Part shown: positions 8,941 to 20,042 of the stretch, one piece after another
How the letters are laid out: each line of letters begins with the position of its first letter
How positions within the stretch are numbered: the first letter of the stretch is position 1
Assembly: GCA_002269645.1 (NCBI GenBank)
Contig: NIVC01004929.1
Span: 1-31,112 of the forward strand
Reading direction: 5' to 3'
DNA from: Macrostomum lignano
Taxonomy: Eukaryota
Length of the DNA: 31,112 bases
Notes under the pieces: generated by a model
Databases searched by the model: none
The model's input: only the letters and a program-made list of their open reading frames with translations
What the model was told of the DNA's origin: nothing
Translations under genes and position numbers: made by a program

Positions 8941-10954
8941 ATGGCCGACCCCGTGCGCGCGACCGTGTTCGGCCTGATTGTGATCGGCTTCATTCTCAGC
9001 TTCATCGGCCTGGTCACCCCGTTCTGGGGCATGGGCCTGCTCACCCGGCTGGACAAGCAGAAGGGCGTGCTGGAGAGCCTGGTTAACAACTGGGACAATC
9101 CCAACTTCATCAAGGCCAGCATCTGGAACTCCGAGGACTGGTGGCCTGAGATCAGCGCCACTGGTGAGTCTGGGTGATGGGGTGGCTGGGAAGGGGTTGA
9201 TACCCTCCCAGATCCTCAGTTGCCGCCCTCCCAGATCCTCAGTTGCTGGGCCAGCCTCCCAGATCCTCAGCTGCTGCCCTCCCAGATCCTCAGCTGCCGC
9301 CTTCCCAGATCCTCAGTTGCCGCCCTCCCAGATTCTCAGCTGCCGCCTTCCCAGATCCTCAGTTGCCGCCCTCCCAGATCCTCAGCTGATACCTTCCCAG
9401 ATCCTCAGTTGCTGAGCCAGCCTCCAAGATCCTCAGTTGGTGGGCCAGCCTCCCAGATTGTCAGCTGCCAACCGCCCAGATCCTCAGTGGCTGCCCTATC
9501 AAATTCTCAGTTGCTGGGCCCCCTCCCCAGAAAAATTAAGATAATAATCGGAATGCAATCAACCCAGGAAAGCAAAAATCAATGGTTAAGTGAAGCAGAT
9601 TAAAGGATTTCTTTGCTTGTTTCCCTATTGATTCCCAATTCCCAGCTGTCTCCATCAGATCCCAGATTATCAAAGGAAATTTCCCATAAATGCAGCTGCC
9701 CCGGGGGCATCTCGATTCGCGGAGGTTCGGGCAGCCAAGCCGAGTTTCTTTTGTGCTGATTTTCAATGCCTCGTGCCGCATCTCCTCAATCCTGGATCCC
9801 AGTCCATCCAGGCATCACACAGCTCATCCCCAACCCTCTCCGCTGGGCTTTCAGGCAAGGGCGTGAAGGGCAAGGGCGACCTGCTAGAGGCGAAAGTCTG
9901 CGCCATCTTTGCCATCCTGACGGGAGTCGCGGCTCTGGTCAGCCAGGGAGTTCACGCCTTCTCGGCCAGGCACCGCCTGGACAAACTCTGCACCGTCATG
10001 GCCAGCGGCTTCCAGGTCACCGCTGGTGAGTTGAGGGATTGGGAGAGTAGAGGGTTGGGAGATTAGAGGGACTGAGAGAGTAGAGGGTTGGGAGAGTAGA
10101 GATGTTGGGAGAGTAGAGATGTTGGGAGAGTAGAGGGACTGAGAGAGTAGAGGGTTGGGAGAGTAGAGATGTTGGGAGAGTAGAGGGACTGAGAGAGTAG
10201 AGGGTTGGGAGAGTAGAGGGGTTGGGAGAGAGATTCTAGTCGTTAAAAGAGAGGTAGGGATATCAAGAAGGCAGTGCAGGGAGACTGAGAGACCAGCTGT
10301 CACATCAGAGTCAGGAAGGCAGTGCAGGGAGACTGAGAGACCAGCTGTCACATCAGAGTCAGGAAGGCAGTGCAGGGAGACTGAGAGACCAGCTGTCACA
10401 TCAGAGTCAGGAAGGCAGTGCAGGGAGACTGAGAGACCAGCTGTCACATCAGAGTCAGGAAGGCAGTGCAGGGAGACTGAGAGACCAGCTGTCACATCAG
10501 AGTCAGGAAGGCAGTGCAGGGAGACTGAGAGACCAGCTGTCACATCAGAGTCAGGAAGGCAGTGCAGGGAGACTGAGAGACCAGCTGTCACATCAGAGTC
10601 AGGAAGGAAACCGGGTGCTCCGCAGGGGTGTTCGGCGGCGTGGTGAGCGGCATCATGGGCGGCTGCCTGACGAACAAGATGGCCTCGAACCCGCTGTTCC
10701 GCCTGGGCGACAGCTTCATCCTCACGGTGCTGGGCAGCATCCTGTTCTCCGTCTGCGGCCTGTTCACAGTGTTCCACTTTGTGTACAGCTTCAAGGAGTC
10801 CGCGCTGGACAAGAAGATCCTGCTGCTGTACCCGGAGCTCAACAACCCGCAGTACGAGGGGACTCGGTACGCCGAGATGCCGCAGGACCCGTTCCCGACG
10901 TCCACCAGCATCGCGCCGCACCTGCAGTCCAGCCAGGGCGAGTACACCGCCTGA
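8941..10954 (+). CDS. Claudin/PMP22/EMP-superfamily-like tetraspan membrane protein, 240 aa, exons 8941-9163, 9855-10025, 10626-10954
   Basis: Two phase-1 GT-AG introns (both donors GTGAGT) and 723 nt in frame. Four hydrophobic segments. TM1 ends in TPFW and a G-x-S-F motif (LGDSFIL) precedes TM4, as typical of this superfamily. Strong GC3 bias. Confidence 0.8.
9203..9510. repeat. 21-22 bp degenerate minisatellite CCCAGATCCTCAG(T/C)TGCCGCC in tetraspan intron 1
   Basis: About 14 units. Confidence 0.9.
10040..10230. repeat. GA-rich repeat (GGGAGAGTAGAG core) in tetraspan intron 2
   Basis: Direct inspection. Confidence 0.85.
10266..10607. repeat. 48-bp minisatellite, about 7 perfect copies, in tetraspan intron 2
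   Basis: Unit AGGAAGGCAGTGCAGGGAGACTGAGAGACCAGCTGTCACATCAGAGTC. Confidence 0.97.
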
Positions 10955-11638
10955 TGGTGTGCACTGGCCAGAGGGAACTTCCGCTAACTACTGACTGAGT
11001 CACGAGTAGTGCGATAGGGACATTGCAGGAGAAATTAAGTAGCAAAAGTAAAGTAGGTCGGCTGTGTTGCCATGGTGATAATTTATAATTGTCATTAATA
11101 ATCGTGTTTCTGCACCCAAGTTTTGTTTACCTGAACTGTGTCGCATGTCGCTACTTGATCAGTAGTTTATTTGCACGCTTATGTACCAGTTTTAATTACT
11201 TATTGTACATCAGTGTCAGTGAAGAAATTGTTTTTACGAAGCATTGTAGATACTGAATGAAGGCTGGCACCATCCGGAACCATTTTTATTGTTTATTGAT
11301 TTTTCGAATATTCCATCTATCGAGCAATTAAATATTTCGAAATGTACGCTTTTCACTTGTATTGATTTCACGTAACTAAAATTACATGTGTACGCTATAA
11401 TACATTACTAACCATCAGTGCATAACAAGTGGATAACAACTATAGCCACCTAAAAATCCTATCTTTAACCTGATTGGTCAATGACAGTTCTTTTAAAAGT
11501 ACATTCGCATCTGTTCTGTTGAACTTACCCTGCTAACCAGTAACACCGCAGCATTTTACTTTATTTGTTTGCGCTTGCAAATTCGTGTGCAAACTCGGGG
11601 TGCAAATTCGGGTGCAAATTCGGGTGCACCAACATTCA

Positions 11639-12198
11639 GGGTGTGGGGTTTAGACAGGTATTGAGGGTGTGGGGTTTAGACAGGTATTGAGGGTGTGGGG
11701 TTTAGACAGGTATTGATGGTGTGGGATTTAGACAGGTATTGAGGGTGTGGGGTTTAGACAGGTATTGAGGGTGTGGGGTTTAGACAGGTATTGAGGGTGT
11801 GGGGTTTAGACAGGTATTGAGGGTGTGGGGTTTAGACAGGTATTGAGGGTGTGGGGTTTAGACAGGTATTGAGGGTGTGGGGTTTAGACAGGTATTGAGG
11901 GTGTGGGGTTTAGACAGGTATTGAGGGTGTGGGGTTTAGACACAGGAATTCAGTGTGGGATTTAGACACAGGAATTCAGTGTGGGATTTAGACACAGGAA
12001 TTCAGTGTGGGATTTAGACACAGGAATTCAGTGTGGGATTTAGACACAGGAATTCAGTGTGGGATTTAGACACAGGTATTCAGTGTGGGATTTAGACACA
12101 GGTATTCAGTGTGGGATTTAGACACAGGTATTCAGTGTGGGATTTAGACACAGGTATTCAGTGTGGGATTTAGACACAGGTATTCAGTGTGGGATTTG
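11639..12198. repeat. Bipartite 26-bp minisatellite (type A to about 11941, type B after)
   Basis: A: GTGTGGGGTTTAGACAGGTATTGAGG; B: GTGTGGGATTTAGACACAGG(A/T)ATTCA. Confidence 0.95.
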
Positions 12199-12388
12199 TA
12201 TGCCACAGACAGCTCGCAAGAACCAGTGGCTATAAGTCAGGCTGAGCCTATCATAGAATTTTATTTGATACAGGACACCATCACAGCGGACACGCTTAGC
12301 AGTACTGCATGCTTCTCAAATGAAAAATACACTACTCGTACTGTTAGTCTCTCGGGATTCGATCCGCCTCGTGCTCAGCTAGAGGATC

Positions 12389-12931
12389 TCAACTGTAAAC
12401 CTGCCTATAAACCTGAGTTGCAACTTCGTCCTCACCGCTGATGCGATGGGTTCGCTTCTTGTCCTGCTTTTTCTTCTTTTTCTTGGCCTTGTCTGCTTCC
12501 GGCTCTGCCGCTGCCTGCGGCGTTGTTTCTTGTGGAAGTGGCGGCGGAGGCGGCGCCTTCACCGGCAGCGGCTGCGGCTTCAAAAAGCGACGGCGGAGGC
12601 GGCAGACGGCGGCCACCTGGCGTAGCGACCGCCAGCGCGGCGAATCGGTGGCGGCGGCAGCGGCGGCGGTGGTGTCCCCGGTGACTTCAGAGAGCACCAG
12701 CGGCCGGCAGACGGGCTGCAGCCGCTCCAGCACCCAGCGCTCCGGCATTCGCAGGTGCACCGCTCCGCCAGCGCTGGCCGCGGCAGCCGAGCCGTCCTGG
12801 TTGACCAGGCTGACCGGAGCTGCCGATGGCGCGCTGGTCGGCTCCGGCTGGTCGAAGGCGGGCGTCAAGTTCAGCGAACGGAGCTCCGCGTCCGAGACTG
12901 CCGTGGAGACTTCGACCAGACAGTAGTCCAT
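12389..12931 (-). CDS. Orphan 180-aa protein with Ala/Pro-rich linkers and a Lys-rich NLS-like patch (KAKKKKKKQDKKR); may instead splice at a donor at 12435
   Basis: GC3-rich ORF, ATG in good context (gacATGg), upstream in-frame TGA, AATAAA on the minus strand at 12260-12265. An alternative donor GTGAGG lies at 12435. Confidence 0.55.
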   Translation of the reverse strand: MDYCLVEVSTAVSDAELRSLNLTPAFDQPEPTSAPSAAPVSLVNQDGSAAAASAGGAVHLRMPERWVLERLQPVCRPLVLSEVTGDTTAAAAAATDSPRWRSLRQVAAVCRLRRRFLKPQPLPVKAPPPPPLPQETTPQAAAEPEADKAKKKKKKQDKKRTHRISGEDEVATQVYRQVYS

Positions 12932-12957
12932 GTCCGCCAGGAATGGAAACCACGGGT

Positions 12958-13696
12958 AGGATCAGGGATAGAGAAACGGGAACTGAGGAGATCAGGGATG
13001 AGAAAGGGGAACTGAGGGAGATCAGGGATGGAGAAACGGGAACTGAGGAGATCAGGGATGGAGAAACGGGAACTGAGGAGATCAGGGATGAAGAAACGAG
13101 AACTGAGGAGATCAGGGATGGAGAAACGGGAACTGAGGAGATCAGGGATGGAGAAACGGGAACTGAGGGAGATCAGGGATGGAGAAACGGGAACTGAGGG
13201 AGATCAGGGATGGGGAATCGGGAACTGAGGAGATCAGGGATGGGGAATCGGGAACTGAGGGGATTAGGGATGGGGAATCGGGAACTGAGGGGATTAGGGA
13301 TGGGGAATCGGGAACTGAGGGAAATCAGGGATGGGGAATCGGGAACTGGGGGGATTAGGGATGGGGAATCGGGAACTGGGGGATTAGGGATGGGGAATCG
13401 GGAACTGAGGGAAATCAGGGATGGGGAATCGGGAACTGAGGGGATTAGGGATGGGGAATCGGGAACTGAGAGGATTAGGGATGGGGAATCGGGAACTGAG
13501 GGAAATCAGGGATGGGGAATCGGGAACTGAAGGGAGATCAGGGATGGGGAATCGGGAACTGAAGAGAGATCAAGGATAGGGAATCGGGAACTGAAGGGAG
13601 ATCAGGGATGGGGAATCGGGAACTGAAGAGAGATCAAGGATGGGGAATCGGGAACTGAGGGAGATAAGGAATTAGGAACTAGGAACTGAGGGGATC
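12958..13696. repeat. About 30-bp minisatellite GGGAACTGAGGAGATCAGGGATGG(AGAAAC/GGAATC)
   Basis: About 24 units with a polar variant gradient. Confidence 0.95.
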
Positions 13697-15990
13697 AATG
13701 ATTCTTTTTTCAAATACAGTGTATGGTGTATGAAAAATTGTATATGCAAAATTTATTATGTTAAGTATATACAAAATTAACAACTTTGTTATCAAGAAAT
13801 ATAACAATTAGGCCCATTTTTGCTCCAAAATGGCTTGAAGATACTAATATATCATAATTTACTAAATAATATATTGGAATGCATAAAAATCTTTGTACTT
13901 TTTCTTATGAATAGATACACTTACATAAATAGTCAAAGATGGCTTGTGTAGTCTAGGGGTTGGTCTATAGCAAGAATAGAATTATAAACTACATTTTAAT
14001 TGCATGTACTTATATGCAAGAATAAATTTTCATACCTATTAAATGCTTATAATACCTGCAAAAAATAATACCATTTTTATAATCTGGTCTGGCAACTTAA
14101 TAATACATTATATATTATATATTACTAAATATTTAAACACTAAGCCTATTAGATCCCTATTTATATTTATAATCTCTAGGCTATGCATGACCACTAACTA
14201 ATGGCCATCTTACATAATACAAGTGTATTTATTTCTATAAAAGGCAGTGCTATTAACAAAACAAGAAATATCCTAGTTTCTTAATATTAAACTATTTTGA
14301 TACTAGATTTTTAACAAATGAAAACAAGTTTATTAATGCATACTTAAAGTCTTATAAGGTCTTATGTTTAAGGTTGAGATAAAAAATATAGTGATTGACA
14401 AGCATGTAATAGGAAGTGCATTGTATGCTTACTAGCCATCCATTAGTCAAAATGTATATCTTAGGCAACACATATTAGCTAGGCCTATTGCTTTAATTTG
14501 CAATAGTGACTTAGCAGACCTTAAATATACTTTAATAAACTTGTTTTAGGCCTAGTTCATTTGTTAAAAAACTAATGTCAAAATAATTTAATGCTAGAAA
14601 TTAGGACATTGCCTTAAAACCATATTTGCCAAAATTACCTTTGCAAAAAATCCAAAATGTCTTGAGCTAGGCCTATATTTCATTAAAATACCATAGGCCT
14701 ACTATAAAAAAACTAACTTGTTAAAAATTACAAATTTTGAGTAGGCTAAGATAATGGTATTTAAGAATAAGATATTTTTATTTTTGTAGGCCAATCTCAA
14801 ATGACAAATACGTTAAATTGCCTTATATAGTTATACTCTATAGCTATAGGCCCTAGCTAGGCCAAAACTAAACTCAAAATTTTACTTGTTATAAACCCTA
14901 GTTCTACTTCTAGTCTAGATTAGATTGCAACATAACAAATAACTGAATATTAAATAACTTAGTTATATTATAATGCCTACTTGGCTTTTTTAGATCTATT
15001 ATCACAGATAACTCATTTTTAGTATATTGGACTCTAGCTTTGTGAAATAAATTAGGGCTAAAATTATCAAATAGGCCCTAAGAAGACACAAAAGATAATC
15101 ATAATGTTACAAGCATAAGGTGAGTAAGTGATTAAAATTAAAGGCATGGCGGCATGGCCCATTGCAATAGGTCTACCATAGGCGTCAACAAATAATGCCT
15201 ATCACTCTTATCAGTATCAGTGACAGTAACAGTCAGTTGTCAATGGCAATGTCAAATACAATTGATTTGAATCGGATGGATTCTTTATTGCCATATTGGA
15301 TGAATTTATTGAATTCTAAGGAAACTTTCAGTTTATTATTTACTTCTGAGCCCAGTAACAACCAACAATGAGTTGTCTGGGATGTATCTGACCTATGATA
15401 TTTTTCTATTCTTCAAGATCGTCAATCCTGGATGCCCACGTGCAGAGCATGGTTTCCTCGAAATTTCTAACAATTTAACGAGCTTTTCTACTCGTAGTTT
15501 AAAGCATGGGTGAATAAAACCATGGTTTAAGGCCTGCCTCAGATATATGATACTTATTACATATCTCAGGCGATTTTGTCTGATTCACGATTCAAGATGA
15601 TGTTGTCTGAGTTGAAGGCTGAGTTAAACAAAAAGGCAGGATTCAAATAACTTCGATGTTCTGCCTGAGCTCAGATAATTGGATTGCTCCTGATCAACCG
15701 CGCAGCTTTCAAGAATTCATTACGTTTTATAATTTCACCTTATTATCATGCCAATCACCTGTTTAACCAGATATACTGGTATGGCCTGTCATTAATCTAG
15801 CTTCTGATCTCCCAGCTTGTAATTTGACAATTGTTGTGCCTGGGTGCACTTGCAAAACCTGGCACTCTCAGTCAAGTGTGCCCGGCGCCTGCACTTGTCC
15901 ATTTTTCTCTCTCAGCCCCCCTAAGCTGCTAACTTGTTTGTGCCCCACCCCATTTTTTTGCCCTCTAAGTTGTTTACGCGCCAGCCATGC

Positions 15991-16085
15991 GACCGCCCCC
16001 TAACTCTGCTGTGATTGGCTGACCCGCCCAAAGCTGTCTGCGTCCAGCTGCTTGTACCCTCCTTTGCCCTCTGATTGGCTATTGG
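15991..16085. promoter_or_regulatory. Promoter-like cluster of three CCAAT boxes and two GC boxes
   Basis: ATTGG at 16014, 16074 and 16081; CCGCCC within 15991-16000 and 16021-16030. No intact gene assigned. Confidence 0.4.
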
Positions 16086-18186
16086 TTTTTCGTGTAATTT
16101 TAGACTTGGCTTGAACTGATCGTGGGTCGGAGACTCTATAGGGCTAAAAGTCAGTGGACCCACATAAGGAGATGTGTGGGGCGCAGCGGGCAGGTTGTTG
16201 ACATTGCGGCGACCTCGCCCGTCAATTCGATCTACGCGATCGTACAAGTATAACAATAAGCGCCAACGGCCACACAGCCTGCTGCCTTACAACGTCGGTG
16301 CATTAGTGAGTAGCGCAAGAGCCGGGTAATATATTTACGATCGATTAAACGGCCATGCCACAACACAATATATATACATGTATACATGTATAGATGAAAT
16401 GTATAGATGACAATGTGACCAAATAACCGTGTTAATTATTTTTAAGTTCCTCGCTGGCATTTCCTCATATTGTCAAATGCGAGTACTTAATTTTAAACGA
16501 GTATCCATGCAGACACGGTAGCTGAACAGTGCAATTAGGTGCTTGTCCAACGGGGGTATTCGTTCAGTTTCACGCAGAAAGCAACACCAGGTTTCTGCAG
16601 TATCAGTGTACACACCCTCATTGATGGATGCCCCCAGAAGAGCTTCTGCAGCATGCGAAACCCATGCCTACACAACTGGGACTGTATCTTACCAATAGGG
16701 ATTTGTTATACCATGCAGCATAGCCAATCTGTTTGCGCGAGGATGCGAGAAAGGCGCACTAGCTGCATGTGCGACAAACAATTCAGGCATTCCATTGTCG
16801 GCGAGGCAATTTTTAAAGCATTTTTTGTCTGCCGAACGTCTGCAGCTTTGACAGAAGCTCCGGGCATGATGAACGCGCAGGACCGACCGCCCGCCGCTGG
16901 TGACCGCTTCTATTTATACGATCTTCCGAATCGGGACTGCAGCGCGGCGGGCAGGGTTGGGGGGCGAACCGAATCGCTTATCAAGCTGGGAGTTCAACCG
17001 CTGAAGTGCGCAGCAGCAAAGTTGGGAGGAGATGCATCGCTCACTGTTTTGACCAGTTCTCTTTGGACTTGAAAATATTTCGCGGACAGCGGCAGGGGAG
17101 ATTGCGTGCACGGGCGGGATACACGGCATGCAGGCAGCAACCGGGGATAAATTCCCTTTTGGCCCGGCTGCAGCGGAAACAAAAATGCCTTTCTCGATCT
17201 ATGCTGATCCCGAGAATCGAGAGAAAATCCTCTCGGAGACAATGCAGAGAGGCAGCAACACGCGCTCTCCTGTTGCGGCGTCAGATTTTGCAAACAAATT
17301 TTTAAGAGAGTGGCAAGAAGGTTTTGAGCAGCTCGCGGCTGCGGGAGCGGCTGGCAATGCCGCATGCAATTTCACCGAAAGGTATTGGGGCGATCGCTCG
17401 GGATAGGGCAGCACACAAGGTGCCTAAGTGCCTTGATCGGCCCGAAGAATTCTTGACAAAAGCAATAGGAGAGGTTAGGGAGTCTTCTTGTTGCGCAGGA
17501 GCAGAATTTCTAAAGCCGTGATCCCCGGCCTCACGCTATAAGCCTTGGAAACACTTGGCAAGGCTGCCGATCCCGGGCAAGGGTTTAATTGAAGGTACTC
17601 ATTCGCCCCGACTGGGTCGTCCCCGCCCTCTAGCCTCTGTCGACCAGCCGCTGCTGCACTTATGGTCACCGACTCAAGCGAGTCGTTGAAGCGGCTGGGA
17701 CTCGGCGCGGAAGCATGTGTTCCCGTTCTCAATGCCGGACGGTCTGGAGATCAGTGGGGGGGGGGGGGGCTGGCGGACGCTTGGGTCTCGGAGCTTCGAG
17801 AGCTTTTTGCTGCTGTGGAGGCCGCAGGACAGATAGAAGGTTGAAGCAGAAAAACTGTGGGACAGCTCCCGACGGCAGAATAGAGGGCTGGCCAGGCGGT
17901 CATGGGAAGGGGGACCGAAGGAGACAGTTAGGGAGAAATTCCCAAGTTCTGCCTGGCTGGGATCAAACTTTTTTTCCACCGCGACCACGCATGCGTTGGT
18001 CTCTCTGAGCGAAGCCGCGGTTTCAGTTAAATTTTTACTAATTAATAATTCTCCAGCCCAGGCCTGCGGCTCGCTTTATCCGATTAAAAGGTTCTGCTGG
18101 GGCCGGTTATTGCATTTGGCGGGCGCATCAACACGGGACAGACTGCAGTGCTGCCCAACAGGCAACAGGCAGTTGTGCCGCATTCT

Positions 18187-18510
18187 CAGTCAGTCAGTCA
18201 GTCAGTCAGTCAGTCAGTCAGTCAGTCAGTCAGTCAGTCAGTCAGTCAGTCAGTCAGTCAGTCAGTCAGTCAGTCAGTCAGTCAGTCAGTCAGTCAGTCA
18301 GTCAGTCAGTCAGTCAGTCAGTCAGTCAGTCAGTCAGTCAGTCAGTCAGTCAGTCAGTCAGTCAGTCAGTCAGTCAGTCAGTCAGTCAGTCAGTCAGTCA
18401 GTCAGTCAGTCAGTCAGTCAGTCAGTCAGTCAGTCAGTCAGTCAGTCAGTCAGTCAGTCAGTCAGTCAGTCAGTCAGTCAGTCAGTCAGTCAGTCAGTCA
18501 GTCAGTCAGT
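18187..18510. repeat. Perfect (CAGT)81 microsatellite
   Basis: 324 bp with no interruption seen. Confidence 0.97.
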
Positions 18511-20042
18511 CAGGCCGGTCGCCAACCGAAGCTTGCTGCGAACTCGCAGCCAGCAAGTGCGGCGGACACTGCGGAACAAAAAAGCAAGACACCACGGAGA
18601 GAGTTCGGGAAGAGAAACCTGATCCCCTAGGATGCGGGAGTGCCAGACCGGCCGGGAGGCGGCACGAGCTGCTGCTGGATTATGAATGCAGCTCCCCAGC
18701 CTGCAGCAGCTTTGCAGTTTCCACAACTTGGCTTGCCAAGGCCTGGAAGTCAGCGCTGGGCCGCCTCATCAGGCTGGCGCCCTCCCACTACTAATCTCCT
18801 TCATTATCGCCCCGCTCTGTCCGACGCGGGAGACTTAAGGCGCCTGGGATCAAAATATCCCATCCATTTCTTCTTTTCCCTTACCCCATCCCAGTCCGGC
18901 TCCTCTGGCCTCTCTACCCCCTTCCTCAGATTGAAATCCGTGGAGTCGCGCCAGCCAGAGGCTGCCGTGGTGTCGTGAAATTAGTGTCAATTATGGCGGC
19001 GGGTATCGGGAGGCTCCGAGAGGGGTGGGTTGGGGAGGGGATTTTTCGCCCTCACGCTCTCTCACTCCCTCTGGGGGGGGGCAAAAGTACCCGGCTGGTT
19101 GCTTGGCGCAGCTGAGACAGCTCGTCCATATTCGCTTAAGCCTCAGCCTAGGAAAAGTAATTTTGTTGTTTTTTGTTTGCTTTCTTTTCTGGAGCCCGAG
19201 AGAGCACACGTTGGTACTCAAGAAGTCGCGAATGGCTCTCCATTCGCGGTGGCAGAACCTGCTTCCCTTTCAGTCTCATTGCTGCAAGGCTCCAAAAGCA
19301 AACAGCGGCATTTTTCTTTTGGGTCAAGCAGCGAATCAGACAGATTCGTCCTCACGGCTCAGTGTCCTTTCTGGGTTATCTTGAATGCAACCAGCAAGAG
19401 AAAATGCAAAATGATGAAGCGTCAAGATAAGAACGGTATGGCAGGCCTCAGATAAATTTCAAGAATTAGGTAGGTAGGTCACACTACCAAAGCTCTACCA
19501 AAGTCAAACCGCATTGTCGTCACGCGTCTTCTGGCACTGTTCCAGGTCTCTGCATGCGCCAGGGCGACACGCATCGGCTGCTTTCTACAGTCAGGGGCTC
19601 AGCTTCCTCTGCGATGGAGCGCGACTCGCTGTTCCAAAGCCCGCAACACCGAGGCAGCCCAGTGGAAGTGAAGCCCGGGATGAGCCTATCCTATCTGACA
19701 AGTCGCCAACACCGCCCTCAGACCTTCGCAGAGAACTTTGGGTGCGCGCGAATTCCCAATGAGCGCCAGGGACTTCCGTCATTGGCTGCTAGCGGCGATC
19801 CCCAGCCAGTCTGCACTAAACTTCCTCTCCGTGTCTCTCGTATTCCATTTCCGAAAGTTCCCTCGCTGACAGCATAGAACTGAGACCAGGACCGAAAAGT
19901 CCGACATTACCAACTGTAAGCAGAAGCCCCAGCATTGCTCAGCCACAATTGAAACTGCGCTCACTGCAGAAGCAACGGTGCAGGAGCGACACACTCCGCT
20001 CAGCCTGGTGCTACACTGGCTTGGAACTCGAGCCGTGCCGAA

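Noticed and set aside
9884-10921. 345-aa minus-strand ORF and similar antisense ORFs over the channel and secreted genes
   Set aside because: Shadows of GC3-rich sense exons plus repeat; no splice or motif support.
12350-12385. GGATCGAATCCC B-box-like motif suggesting a tRNA or SINE
   Set aside because: No cloverleaf or properly spaced A box can be built.
14400-15060. Faint kinase-like (KGNFGK) and LINE RT-like (IDLKK, LGP, KT..IF, YVLP) words in the AT-rich block
   Set aside because: Many stops, wrong spacing and similar weak hits on both strands; indistinguishable from chance by eye.
16571-16680. HAE and PC words suggesting a deaminase
   Set aside because: The motifs are in different frames with stops between them and no CxxC.
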